Counted from the first letter of the stretch, positions 48,281 to 58,521 are shown. The stretch is DNA of 64,000 bases from an uncultured Candidatus Saccharibacteria bacterium (GCA_964610055.1 CAZSUC010000001.1:70021-134020), one strand, 5' to 3'. Numbers and translations are program-made. The notes: generated by a model not told the origin, from the letters alone.

Positions 48281-48814
48281 TCAAAGCAAATTTTTAAGTC
48301 GTAATAATCCGTAAGCACTAATTGTTGGAGCATCAGTTATGTCTCCCTCGGTAATTGCTTTCTCTAATTTATTTTGATCCATGATAACTCTTTTTAACCC
48401 AGCTTCTGTGATTTCTAAATCATTCTCCTTTTGCGTGAGACTCGTCGCGAAATAAATATGAAAACCTTGATTGCTGTATCCAGGTGCATTGTATAAAAAA
48501 CCGACCTGAATCATATCTTTAGCTACCAATCCAGTCTCTTCTGATAATTCTGCTTTTGCTAGTTTTAGCGGATCCTTATTAGGGTCATCTTCGTGTTTTC
48601 CTTGCGGAAACTCAATCGAATTTTGTTTAACAGGATATCTAAATTGCTCTACTAAATGGAAGCTTTTGCCATCAAATGGGATTATTAAAACAAAGTCAGA
48701 TTTATCAACAACGCCATAAATACCTTTATGTCCGTTAGAAAATTCTACCTCATCTTCTTTTACTTTCATCCATTTGTTTTCGTAAACAATTTTAGTTGAA
48801 AGTTTTTTAATCAT
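48281..48814 (-). CDS. NUDIX hydrolase (ADP-ribose pyrophosphatase-like)
   Basis: Nudix box GKHEDDPNKDPLKLAKAELSEETGL (variant of GX5EX7REUXEEXGU). Confidence 0.75.
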   Translation of the reverse strand: MIKKLSTKIVYENKWMKVKEDEVEFSNGHKGIYGVVDKSDFVLIIPFDGKSFHLVEQFRYPVKQNSIEFPQGKHEDDPNKDPLKLAKAELSEETGLVAKDMIQVGFLYNAPGYSNQGFHIYFATSLTQKENDLEITEAGLKRVIMDQNKLEKAITEGDITDAPTISAYGLLRLKNLL

Positions 48815-48820
48815 ATATGA

Positions 48821-48892
48821 GCGGGTAGCGGGAATCGAACCCGCCTCTTGACCTTGGAAGGGTCACATAATAGCCACTATACCATACCCGCT
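48821..48892 (-). tRNA. tRNA-Gly (anticodon TCC)
   Basis: Manual fold. Acceptor GCGGGTA/TACCCGC, anticodon stem TGACC/GGTCA with loop CTTCCAA, T-arm GCGGG TTCGATT CCCGC. Coordinates +/-2. Confidence 0.8.
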
Positions 48893-48904
48893 TAAAAGAA
48901 CTTC

Positions 48905-48979
48905 TGGTCGGGGCGCCGGGAATCGAACCCGGTCTACATGCTCCCAAAGCATGCGTACGAGCCGGTATACTACGCCCCG
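48905..48979 (-). tRNA. tRNA-Pro (anticodon TGG), CCA encoded
   Basis: Acceptor CGGGGCG/CGCCCCG + A + CCA, anticodon stem CATGC/GCATG with loop TTTGGGA, T-arm CCGGG TTCGATT CCCGG. Coordinates +/-2. Confidence 0.8.
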
Positions 48980-48996
48980 ATTTTACCCACAGTAAC

Positions 48997-49029
48997 GGGG
49001 AAAAGCCCAAAAGTAAAGCGCCTTTCCCC
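48997..49029 (-). terminator. hairpin downstream of the HU gene (weak intrinsic terminator candidate)
   Basis: The minus-strand sequence GGGGAAAGGCGCTTTACTTTTGGGCTTTTCCCC is about 14 nt after the hup stop. The T tract is partly inside the stem, so terminator function is uncertain. Confidence 0.3.
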
Positions 49030-49043
49030 TGAATAGTTTTTAC

Positions 49044-49322
49044 CTATTTTACTGCTTCTTTGAGCGTTTTTCCTGGCCTAAATTTCGCTACTCGGACTGA
49101 CGGTACTTGGATTTTTTCTTCTGGATTACGTGGGTTAACACCCGGACGTCCTTTTCGTTCTCGTGCTTCAAAAATACCAAAACCAGTTAAATTCACTTTC
49201 TCCCCACCCGATAGTTTATCCGTAATCTCATCCAAAAAAGTGTTAATTGTTTCTTCTACATCTTTGCGCTGAAGCCGAGTGGCGTCAGTAACTTTATCAA
49301 TGAGTTTTTGCTTATTAATCAT
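49044..49322 (-). CDS. hup: DNA-binding protein HU
   Basis: 92 aa; GFGIFEARERKGRPGVNPRNPEE with the conserved RNP arm. Confidence 0.9.
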   Translation of the reverse strand: MINKQKLIDKVTDATRLQRKDVEETINTFLDEITDKLSGGEKVNLTGFGIFEARERKGRPGVNPRNPEEKIQVPSVRVAKFRPGKTLKEAVK

Positions 49323-49355
49323 AATATTCTTTTAATTAAACCTTATATTCTCCCT

Positions 49356-50150
49356 TTATTCAGCATTCAGGATTTTACGCACTATCTCAAGTTTTGTTGC
49401 CCTTCCTGTTGCTGGATCGACGTCCAAGAAAAGTGCCCCTACCTCTAACGGCCCTTTCTCTTCAATCGTTGGCTTTTGTTTTATCTGGGTAAGAAACCCA
49501 CGAATAATACTACGGTCTATCCCGATAACTGACAAGTAGCTTCCGTTCATACCAACGCTAGTTACATAACCGCAGCCTTGAGGCAAAATCTGAGCATCCG
49601 CGGCTGGCACGTGCGTATGTGTCCCCCATACCGCCGATAATCTTCCGTCAGCATACCATCCCATTGCCCGCGCTTCGCTTGAAGCCTCCACGTGAAAATC
49701 TAAGAGCTTAATCTGGCATCGCTTTACGTCTTCTTTTTGCAGAATTTCATCCAAGTAGATAAATGGATTCAATGGATCATTTTTGAAAAACACCTGCCCT
49801 TGTAAATTAATTACTGCCACCTCCCATGCTCCTTTTTGAATAATTTGATATCCGCGTCCTGGTACTCCTGCCGGATAATTTGCCGGACGTATAATTGGCC
49901 ATTTTGGATTATCTAACAATGGTATGCCTTGCGCGTTATCCCAGGCATGATCACCAGTTGTATATACGTCTACTCCCCATTGATGTATCTCCTCCATCGC
50001 TGCTATTGATATGCCTTTCCCGTGAGCGATATTTTCAACATTTACAATCACTACTTCAGGGTCATATTCTTCTTTTAGAATTGGCAATGCGCGTTTAATC
50101 GCCTCGCGACCTGGTTCTCCGACTACGTCTCCAAAAATCAAAAATTTCAT
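49356..50150 (-). CDS. ymdB: YmdB-like metallophosphoesterase (2',3'-cyclic-nucleotide phosphodiesterase family, TIGR00282-like)
   Basis: MKFLIFGDVVGEPGR start (internal Met of the track ORF); GDHAWDN metallophosphatase motif. Confidence 0.7.
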   Translation of the reverse strand: MKFLIFGDVVGEPGREAIKRALPILKEEYDPEVVIVNVENIAHGKGISIAAMEEIHQWGVDVYTTGDHAWDNAQGIPLLDNPKWPIIRPANYPAGVPGRGYQIIQKGAWEVAVINLQGQVFFKNDPLNPFIYLDEILQKEDVKRCQIKLLDFHVEASSEARAMGWYADGRLSAVWGTHTHVPAADAQILPQGCGYVTSVGMNGSYLSVIGIDRSIIRGFLTQIKQKPTIEEKGPLEVGALFLDVDPATGRATKLEIVRKILNAE

Positions 50151-51193
50151 AGAGCTATCGGCGCTATTCTCCATTTTTCGTCTTGCATCATAATTCGACC
50201 GCTAATTTCAAACCCGCTTGCTAATTTATGCCCCCCTCCTCCTAACTTTTTTGCAATCACGCTTACGTCTACCCCTTTATGCGGCTCGCTTCGTAAGCTA
50301 CCTTTAATTTTTCCCGGTTCGTACTCAGTTAATAACATAGTAAATTTTGTGTCTGGTAATGTATTTAATAAATTTACCACACCTGACAAATCATCTAATG
50401 TTGCCCCGCACTCATTTAAATCCCGATATGTTATCACTGATACTCCTGCCCCAGTTTTGTGATTAATCATAATTCTCGACAACGCTTTCCCCCAAATTCG
50501 TAAACTCGGCAAATCTTTTTTCTGATAAGTTTCATGAGCGATGTGAGCTAACCGTGCTCCTTTGCCCATTAAATCTGATGCCATAACTAAAATATCTGGA
50601 GTCGTTGAGTCGTGCATAAAAGATCCAGTATCCGTAAAAATTCCCGTTAATAAACAAGTTGCTATGTCGCGAGTAATTGGTACTCGGGTTAGCTTAAATA
50701 TTTCTGTTAAAATCTGAGTTGTCGCCGCCGCTTCTGGTACCACTAAAGACAAAGTCGTTTCCTGTTTATTATCATAATGATGATCAATCGTAATTGTTTG
50801 CGGATGAACCAAAAATTCCGCTTCTAAATGAGTGCGATATAGCTGAGTTGAATCCAAGGCAACCAAGACATCAAAATCATCAGTTTTTGGTTTTGTTGTT
50901 GTTAATTCCTGAAAGCTAGGCAAAAAACTCAAATCATCTGGCGCCGGATCAGGCACGTAAGCCGTAACGCTTTTCCCTTGCATACGTAGGGCGTGCATTA
51001 AAGCCAAAATTGATCCTACGGCATCCCCGTCGGGATGTTCATGGGCTGCTAATAGTACTGAATGAGCATCTCGCAAAATTTGAACAATTTGCTCAGCTAC
51101 TCGCTTCTGACTGTTATCCAATAATCCTTCTGGCCTATTCCAGCTCTGCCAAAGTTTCGTTGATTTTTTGAGAGTGTTGTGCTCCATGGTCAA
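50147..51193 (-). CDS. nrnA: bifunctional oligoribonuclease / pAp phosphatase NrnA (DHH-DHHA1)
   Basis: HEHPDGDAVGS motif I; DHHA1 GGGH (KKLGGGGHKLASG). The start is uncertain because the track start overlaps rbfA by 59 nt. Confidence 0.75.
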   Translation of the reverse strand: MTMEHNTLKKSTKLWQSWNRPEGLLDNSQKRVAEQIVQILRDAHSVLLAAHEHPDGDAVGSILALMHALRMQGKSVTAYVPDPAPDDLSFLPSFQELTTTKPKTDDFDVLVALDSTQLYRTHLEAEFLVHPQTITIDHHYDNKQETTLSLVVPEAAATTQILTEIFKLTRVPITRDIATCLLTGIFTDTGSFMHDSTTPDILVMASDLMGKGARLAHIAHETYQKKDLPSLRIWGKALSRIMINHKTGAGVSVITYRDLNECGATLDDLSGVVNLLNTLPDTKFTMLLTEYEPGKIKGSLRSEPHKGVDVSVIAKKLGGGGHKLASGFEISGRIMMQDEKWRIAPIAL

Positions 51194-51467
51194 TCCGTAA
51201 GCTTATGCGCGGCAGTGGCTTAAAGTCAAGTTGACGATTAAATTCTCCTTGCAAGTCATACATTTGCGGCTTCAATAAATCCAAGATTTCCTCTTCCCGA
51301 CTGTCGGGATAAACGTACAGCCAAATTGTGCTCGATTTTAAATTATGCGTTGTGTCTACTCGAGATATAGTGACCATTACATCGGCTGGTAGTTCTGCTT
51401 CTTCATGCAAAATTTCACCAAATAATCGTTGAATGTGTTTATTTACTTTTTCAATTCGACTCGACAC
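51135..51467 (-). CDS. rbfA: ribosome-binding factor A
   Basis: 110 aa, RbfA-like KH fold sequence; synteny immediately downstream of infB. Confidence 0.75.
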   Translation of the reverse strand: MSSRIEKVNKHIQRLFGEILHEEAELPADVMVTISRVDTTHNLKSSTIWLYVYPDSREEEILDLLKPQMYDLQGEFNRQLDFKPLPRISLRIDHGAQHSQKINETLAELE

Positions 51468-51484
51468 AGTAATCTTGCCTTATT

Positions 51485-53443
51485 TTACTTCTCTTCGTTT
51501 GGCTTACGACGCACCTTATCTTCTCGGTAAATCTCCAAGACATCGCCTTCTTTAATTTTTCCTTTACCCTCATAGGTTAAGCCAATTTGATCACCTTGTT
51601 GGGCATGGGTAATTTTTTGTCGTTCTCTCTGTAATTCACTGATATTACCTTCGCCCATCCTCTCTTTTTCTTTACCAACTTTACGCCAAATCACGGCGCG
51701 CGCACCTTCTTCAGCGGTTCCGTTTACCAACTCCCCTCCCACAATTTTTTTCTTTTGCGTGGAGAAGAAAATTTTCAATACTTTTAATATGCCTAAATCG
51801 GTTCGAATAATATCCACCGGTAGTCGGTCTTCAATCTCCTGGCGGGCGTCATCAATCAATTCGTAAATCACTTTAAATGACTTAACCGCAACCTTTTCCT
51901 TGTCTGCTAACTTCTTCGCCATGCCCCCAATATTTACATTAAAAGCGTAAATTAGCGCGCTTCCCGCCTTAGCCGTTAACACGTCAGAATCAGATACTGA
52001 TCCAACATCGGATCGGATAATTGATAATCTTACATCCGTCGGCACCATCGCTGTTATTGTTTCGCGCAATGCTTCTAAAGATCCGCGTGAATCTGCTTTT
52101 AACACTAATGCTAAAACCTTACGTTCATCATTCTCGTCTACCTTGCTTAAAGTTTTGATCGGCGCTCTTGTACCGGCTGCTTTTGACCGTGCCTCTTCTT
52201 TTTCTTCAACTACCTGCATAACTTCTCCTGCTTCAGGTACACCATTCAATCCTACTAACGTCACCGGAGTTGATGGCGTGGCTTCTGCAATCGTCTTATT
52301 GCGAAAATCAATCAATCTGCGTACGTGTCCGGTCACCTGTCCAATTACCACATTATCTTTTGTCCGCAATGTTCCGGTATGCACCAAGACTGTTGCTAGT
52401 GGTCCCAAGTGTTTATCCAATTTACTTTCCACTATTGAACCCAATGCCGGCCGATCAAAAATGGCTTTTGGCTCTACGATCTCATTGGTTAGCATTATCA
52501 TTTCCAATAAATCTTCAATTCCCTGTTTCTTTAACGCTGACACCTCCACCATCACAGTCTTACCACCCCATTCTTCCGGTACTAAATCTAAATCAGACAA
52601 TTCCTTTTTTACTCGCTCAATATTTGCTTCTGCTTTATCAATCTTATTAATCGCAACAATAATCGGCACATCTGCTGCCTTAGCGTGGTTAACCGCTTCT
52701 TTAGTCTGTGGCTTCACCCCGTCATCAGCTGCTACTACTAAAATCGCAATATCCGCTACCGATGCTCCGCGCTTCCGCATGAATTCAAATGTTTCGTGAC
52801 CCGGAGTATCAATAAACGTAATAGTTTTTCCTTTGTAATCCACCTGATAACTGCTAATTGCCTGAGTGATTCCTCCCGCTTCTTTAGCTGCCACGTTAGA
52901 CGATCTAATTGCGTCTAGCAGCGTTGTCTTGCCGTGATCAACGTGTCCCATAATAGTTACCACCGGCGGACGGCTTTGTTGTTGACTCGGGTCTTCTTTC
53001 TTCAGGATTTCTTCTAGCTTCTCTGGAGTTAACACGTCCTCTTCTAATTTAGCTGCACTTTCTTCTGTCCTGTACCCCAAATCTTCTGCAATAATCGCCG
53101 CTGTTTCATAATCAATGTCGTCATTCAAAGTCGCCATAACTCCATTCTTTAACAGCACTGACAATATTTCTCCGACCGGTAATTCTAGGGCGTTAGCGAA
53201 GTCGGTTACCTTTACAATTGGCGATAACTTAATTGTCTGTCCTCTCAACTCCTCGCGTCTTTTTTGTTCTTTGATATGTCGGCGAATTCTACCAACGGCA
53301 TTCTGATCCAAGTTCTTCTGCCCTTCACTTACCCTAATACCAACCAAGCGCATAATTCCAAACAATTGCCCCTCCGACAGCCCCAATTCTTGCTGTAAAT
53401 CAATAATTTTGGTTACGGACTTGGTTCTGCCTTTGATCTTCAT
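51485..53443 (-). CDS. infB: translation initiation factor IF-2
   Basis: G domain IMGHVDHGKTTLLDAIR, DTPGHE, NKID; 652 aa. Confidence 0.95.
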   Translation of the reverse strand: MKIKGRTKSVTKIIDLQQELGLSEGQLFGIMRLVGIRVSEGQKNLDQNAVGRIRRHIKEQKRREELRGQTIKLSPIVKVTDFANALELPVGEILSVLLKNGVMATLNDDIDYETAAIIAEDLGYRTEESAAKLEEDVLTPEKLEEILKKEDPSQQQSRPPVVTIMGHVDHGKTTLLDAIRSSNVAAKEAGGITQAISSYQVDYKGKTITFIDTPGHETFEFMRKRGASVADIAILVVAADDGVKPQTKEAVNHAKAADVPIIVAINKIDKAEANIERVKKELSDLDLVPEEWGGKTVMVEVSALKKQGIEDLLEMIMLTNEIVEPKAIFDRPALGSIVESKLDKHLGPLATVLVHTGTLRTKDNVVIGQVTGHVRRLIDFRNKTIAEATPSTPVTLVGLNGVPEAGEVMQVVEEKEEARSKAAGTRAPIKTLSKVDENDERKVLALVLKADSRGSLEALRETITAMVPTDVRLSIIRSDVGSVSDSDVLTAKAGSALIYAFNVNIGGMAKKLADKEKVAVKSFKVIYELIDDARQEIEDRLPVDIIRTDLGILKVLKIFFSTQKKKIVGGELVNGTAEEGARAVIWRKVGKEKERMGEGNISELQRERQKITHAQQGDQIGLTYEGKGKIKEGDVLEIYREDKVRRKPNEEK

Positions 53444-53515
53444 AGGCTCTTACTTTACCTTAAAATACTTGCTTTGTCGAACAAAATCCGGGAAAATACT
53501 CTAAGTCGTTACTTT

Positions 53516-53603
53516 GGACAGGTCGCATAGCTGGTCGAGTGCGCCGCTCTCGAAAAGCGGTAGGGATGCAAGTCTCTCGTGGGTTCGAATCCCACCCTGT
53601 CCG
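53516..53603 (+). tRNA. tRNA-Ser (anticodon CGA), long variable arm
   Basis: Acceptor GGACAGG/CCTGTCC, anticodon stem CCGCT/AGCGG with loop CTCGAAA, variable arm about 18 nt, T-arm GTGGG TTCGAAT CCCAC. Confidence 0.75.
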
Positions 53604-53610
53604 CCTAAAA

Positions 53611-53640
53611 CAAAACCCGCTCCTTTAGGGGGCGGGTATT
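53611..53640. terminator. bidirectional intrinsic terminator shared by tRNA-Ser (+) and the 5S rRNA 3' end (-)
   Basis: Plus strand AAAACCCGCTCCTTTAGGGGGCGGGTATTGTT. Minus strand CCCGCCCCCTAAAGGAGCGGG followed by TTTTGTTTTA. Confidence 0.6.
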
Positions 53641-53644
53641 GTTA

Positions 53645-53762
<118 letters not shown>

Positions 53763-53991
53763 ATTAATAATTGCTATTATCAATACTCGAAGGTCCTAAT
53801 TTTCGAGTGAATATATTTGAAGATAACCAACTTAGTAACTAACGATAATACATCACTAGTCAAGTCAACATACGTTCATACAACTGGACCTATTAGTACG
53901 GATCGGCTCAACACATTACTGTGCTTACACCTTCCGCCTATCAACCTGGTCATCTTCCAGGGGTCTCATAATGAAACTTTATCTTAGAGTG

Positions 53992-54023
<32 letters not shown>

Positions 54024-54215
54024 ACCAGCCCGACTTAGCTACCCAGCCATGCTCCAGTAACGGAACAACTGGTACACCAGAGGTCGGTCCCTTCCGGTCC
54101 TCTCGTACTAGGAAGGACGCTCCTCAAGTTTCCACGCCTGCGACAGATAGGGTCCAACCTGTCTTGCGACGGTTTGAACCCAGCTCGCGTATCGCTTTCA
54201 TTGGCGAACAGCCAA

Positions 54216-54247
<32 letters not shown>

Positions 54248-54261
54248 GTGAGCCGACATCG

Positions 54262-54586
54262 CTGTCATTATCTTCTTGTTTCCAAAAAGCATAGACTATG
54301 CCTTCATCTCGGACAGTGCTTTAGACTGATGTGTCATAGCATCTGTTTTTTTACCGAGAGCCAGCCTTTTGCCCGCTTTTAAATCTTAATCTTCAAGCGA
54401 GCCTCCCCTTTCGGGTCAGTCGTTACGGGGCCTACATGTATGCAGGCTTCCCACGGTGTTGTCTTCTGTTCTAATGAACAGGTCAGAGTTCGCCGTTTTT
54501 AGCTGGTTTATATTTAATCTGTTTTATTTTCGAAAAGACTTTGGATCAGCACTCAAGGATCTCTCCTTGGGCACCCCGATATATTA
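54262..54586 (-). mobile_element. ORF-less group I intron (about 325 nt) in 23S between E. coli-equivalent U2500 and C2501
   Basis: Exon sequence GGCACCU|CGAUGUCGG is contiguous in E. coli 23S but here is split by 325 nt. The intron begins UAAUAUAUCGGGGUGCC; GGGUGCC can pair with the 5' exon GGCACCU (U-G at the splice site), forming P1. The intron ends in G. It contains an S-element-like GGCAUAGUCUAUGC. Confidence 0.75.
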
Positions 54587-54623
54587 AGGTGCCAAACCCC
54601 ACCGTCTATGTGGACTATTGGGT

Positions 54624-54660
<37 letters not shown>

Positions 54661-55139
54661 ATGATCTTCCGCTCTTCTACGTGAGAACGGTCGGTTCACT
54701 AAGCTCCACTTTCGTGTCTGCGCGACATGTACGTCTTGCAGTCAAGCCGGCTTATGCCTTTACACTCTAAAGCCCGATTTCCATCCGGGCTGAGCCGACC
54801 TTATAGGCTCCTCCGTTACAATTTGGGAGGAATCCGCCCCAGATAAACTACCCGCCAGGCACTGTCCGGGTGGTGGTTTCACACCACGTCGTTAGACGCG
54901 TCAAACATAAAGGGTGGTATCTCATTGTTGGCTCCGGTCCGTCCTAAGACAAACCATCATAGCCTCCCACCTATACTGAGCAACATGCTCGACGTGCCAA
55001 TACCAAGCTGTAGTGAAGCTCCACGGGGTCTTACCGTCTAGCCGCAGGGTGGCGGCATCTTTACCGACAATGCAATTTCGCCGGGTCCTTCGTTGAGACA
55101 GTTCTCCAGTCGTGACGCCATTCGTGCGGGACAGAACTT

Positions 55140-55893
55140 CATGTTCTAACCCTTTCTTTCGAAAGGCATAGACTATATTTTCATTCTCTAAAGCAAATTC
55201 AATATTTCCTGTAGATATATTTTTCTTTCCACGGAAACACTGAGCATATTGCTAGTTAGATCCAAAATTTCTCGCAATCCATCCCTTGTAAGATGGTTAC
55301 CGCGGGCAATGATTTTACATATGATTTTGAATTGTTCAAAATCGCGTTGTTTAGCAGATAAAAGTGGATACTTTTCAAAATGTGGAATTATTATCCTATT
55401 AATATCTTTGATACTACGCGTCTCATAATGAGCGGTCTTATCAGTTGATGAATAACGGATAGTGCCACATTGAAAGTAACTAAGCATAAGCTCAAGTACT
55501 TCTATTCTGTTTATCTTCTGCCCGACAGAGAAACTAGGACGTACCTCCCAGCCAACTAAGAGTTTAGGTCTCTTAACTATGGAGACGGAAAAACATCCTT
55601 CCCCATCAGTATAACCAGAGATATATGCTCTTAATTGTTGTTTGCTTTTTGAGAAGCCGGCGTCTGATAAAGATTGATGTATCATAATCTGATTCTCTAT
55701 CTCACTTTTGGCTAAGTGCTTGAGCACATTAGCGTTCAGATCAGTCGTTACGGGGTCAATCTGTTGTTGAAACAGACGACTTCCCACGGTATTACCCATG
55801 TCCATATTATAACATAATACGAACACTAGGGCTTCACCGTTATCAGCCGGATTCTTTAATTCATGGTCGCCCATGAATTCAGGCGAATTCTTC
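55140..55893 (-). mobile_element. group I intron (about 754 nt) in 23S after E. coli-equivalent U1951 (helix 69-71 region), carrying a homing endonuclease ORF
   Basis: Exon GGCAGGU|AAGUUCUGUCC matches E. coli GGGU1951|AAGUUCCGACC after removal. The 5' exon ends in U and the intron ends in G. IGS-like GCCUG occurs near the intron 5' end. An S-element-like AAAUAUAGUCUAUGCC occurs near the 3' end. Confidence 0.75.
55188..55685 (-). CDS. single-motif LAGLIDADG homing endonuclease encoded within the 23S intron
   Basis: The YISGYTDGEGCFSV LAGLIDADG motif starts about 23 aa after Met (MIHQSLSDAGF...), I-CreI-like spacing. The track ORF extends in frame upstream to a GTG at the exon boundary (55895), which is unlikely to be the real start. 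About 166 aa. Confidence 0.7.
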   Translation of the reverse strand: MIHQSLSDAGFSKSKQQLRAYISGYTDGEGCFSVSIVKRPKLLVGWEVRPSFSVGQKINRIEVLELMLSYFQCGTIRYSSTDKTAHYETRSIKDINRIIIPHFEKYPLLSAKQRDFEQFKIICKIIARGNHLTRDGLREILDLTSNMLSVSVERKIYLQEILNLL

Positions 55894-57026
55894 ACCTGCC
55901 AAGGAATTTCGCTACCATAGGACCGTTATAGTTACGGCCGGCGTTCATCGGCGCTTGGCCCCCCAGCTTGCACCAGGGGGATTAACGTTCCGACACTGGC
56001 CAGGCGTCAGCTCCTATACATACTCTTTCGAGTTCGCAGGAACCTGTGTTTTTGCTAAACAGTCGCTAGAGATCGTGCGCTGCGCCCGTCACAACCTTGC
56101 GGCTGCAACGGGAGCCCTTATTGCGAACTTACGGACGCTTTTTTGCCGAGTTCCTTAACGAAGGTTCTCCCGATCACCTTGGTACTCTTACACCAACCCA
56201 CCTGTGTCGGTTTGTGGTACGGGCGGCTAGACAGACGAATGAGTGACGCTTTTCCAGGAAGCTGCTTTCATACCGGAGGCTTGGTCTTGCGACCGCACTC
56301 TCCCGCATAACTTCGCCGTTTAAATTGGACACTCGGATTTACCTAAGTGTCCCGACTAATGTTATGCGCAGGATAAGTCATATGTCCTGTTTATTTCCGC
56401 AACTTCGTCACGCCCCTCAAACTGTCTAACCGGCGCAGGAATATCAACCTGCTGTCCATCGCCTACGCGTTTCCGCCTCGGCTTAGGCCCGGCTAACCCT
56501 GGGCTGATTTACATTGCCCAGGAAACCTTGGGTTTCCGGTGGCAGGGAATCTCACCCTGCTTATCGCTACTCATGCCACCATTCTCTCTTCCGTCCGCTC
56601 CACCGTGCCTCACAGCACGACTTCAACGCAAAGGCCATGTTCAAATAGAAATGGCCGGACGAAATGCTCGCCTACCAATCCGAACCTAATCGGTTCGGAC
56701 CCCGTGTCATCGGTACTTATCTTGAGCCCCGGTACATTATTCGGCGCAAGGTCGCTTGACGAGTGAGCTATTACGCTATCTTTAACAGATGGCTGCTTCT
56801 AAGCCAACTGCCTCGCTGTTTCAGCAACCTCACCACCTTAACCACTTAGATAAGATTCAGGGACCTTAGACTACGGTCTGGGCTGTTTCCCTTTTGAGCG
56901 CGGAGCTTAGCCCCCGCGTTCTGACTCCCGTGATTACGCCAATAGCATTCGGAGTTTGCTAGGGTCCCCCCGCTTGCGCGGGGAAGAGCCCTTGCAGCGC
57001 TCTACCACTATTGGTTACTACACGAG

Positions 57027-57062
<36 letters not shown>

Positions 57063-57442
57063 TGCCAGGTTCGATTGGAATTTCTCCGCTATCCACAAGT
57101 CATCCGATGGTATTGCACAGCCAAACGGTTCGGGCCTCCACGCAGTATTACCCGCGCTTCACCCTGCTCATGGATAGATCACCTGGTTTCGGGTCTCGTG
57201 CATGCTACTCTCTATCTAATTCTTCTCTCGTACTATCCTTGCGGACAGTCCGGAAAAGAAAAAGATAGAAACGCGCTATTAACACTCGCTTTCGCTCCGC
57301 CTACGCAATGTAATTGCTTAAGCAAAAGCAGCATACAGCGAACTCGGTGGCTCGTTCTGCAAAAAGCACGCCGTCACCCCACTTGCGTGGGGCTCCGACT
57401 CAATGTAGGTATGCGGTTTCAGGTCTATTTCATTCCCCTTCC

Positions 57443-57489
<47 letters not shown>

Positions 57490-58378
57490 ATGGTCGTATT
57501 TAGTCTTAGGAGGATCAATTGACCTGTGCTAAAAGCACAAGACAATTGATTGCATGTAGTTCTCCTTGCTTCAGACGGGATTTCACATGTCCCGCCGTAC
57601 TCAGGTTAATAGCAATCTTTTAAAACGTATCTTTCATATACGCGACTCTTACGCTCTTTGGTGGGGCATTCCAGCCGCCTTCTATTAGACAAACGTTTAT
57701 AAATGACTCGCGCTCCATAAACGCGCGAACGCTACTACCATCTACTCTCTCTTAGCAACGCTTTATGGGCTTACACTAAGAAAGTTTGGACTGTTCCCGT
57801 TTCGCTCGCCACTACTCAGGGAATATAATCACTATCTTCTTACCAGGAATTGCCTGTTCTCTTCTTACCTGTGACCTTGCGGTCTCCAGGAAAAAGAGAA
57901 CGGGATTCAAGATAGAAATAGTAATCGTTTTTTTCTTTTCCTCTGGCTACTAAGATGTTTCAGTTCGCCAGGTTCGCTCCACTTAAGCCTTGCAGCTTAA
58001 GGGTAACTTTGGGATGAACCAAAGTGGGTTTCCCCATTCGGACATCTGCGGATCAAAGGTTGCTCAGCACCTCCCCGCAGCTTATCGCAGCCGGCCGCGT
58101 CCTTCATCGCCGTCCATTGCCAAGGCATCCGCCGCATACCCTTACGGTGTATGACGTACCTAACTTGACTAGCGGTGTGTTACCGCTAAATCGCCTCTTG
58201 TTTATATATTATGTGATCGTTTTGAATTACTTTTGTCGGTTATCTTCACTATATTCAATTGGCAAAGTGCCGTCTTTTCTGTGTCTCAACCATACAAACC
58301 ACAGAAAAAAACCTTCAAGTTCTTTATCTGTGTCTTGTATGACTTAATCTGTTCGGGCCAAAAAGAAGGAGCTTCGGG

Positions 58379-58412
58379 TTTTAAAACCGCTTCCAGAGGA
58401 AGCGGTTTTAAA
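58379..58412. other. perfect palindromic hairpin in the 23S leader region
   Basis: TTTTAAAACCGCTTCC AGA GGAAGCGGTTTTAAAA (12-bp stem flanked by A/T tracts). Confidence 0.5.
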
Positions 58413-58493
58413 GGAGAGCTGGGCCCATAGGGCTCTACTCGCCGCTTCTTAGAGGTCTGCAGTAGGATAATTTAAACTGCATAATTAACAGCT

Positions 58494-58521
58494 AGTATAC
58501 TTGACCTTATAAACCTGTCAA
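58494..58521 (-). promoter_or_regulatory. near-consensus sigma70-type promoter directed toward the 23S-5S genes
   Basis: The minus strand reads TTGACA-N16-TATACT, located about 320 nt upstream of the 23S 5' end and downstream of a terminator-like hairpin. Confidence 0.5.

Noticed and set aside
48980-49043. Promoter for the tRNA-Pro/tRNA-Gly pair (TAAAAT immediately before tRNA-Pro)
   Set aside because: The -10-like hexamer abuts the mature tRNA 5' end and leaves no room for a transcription start. The real promoter is probably further upstream or inside the hup 3' region, so none is reported.
57516-57548. Possible third 23S insertion: palindromic CAATTG...CAATTG hairpin absent from E. coli
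   Set aside because: It is only about 35 nt, lies in a variable helix of domain I/II, and has no P1/ωG (3'-terminal G) logic. It is most likely a lineage-specific expansion stem rather than an intron.
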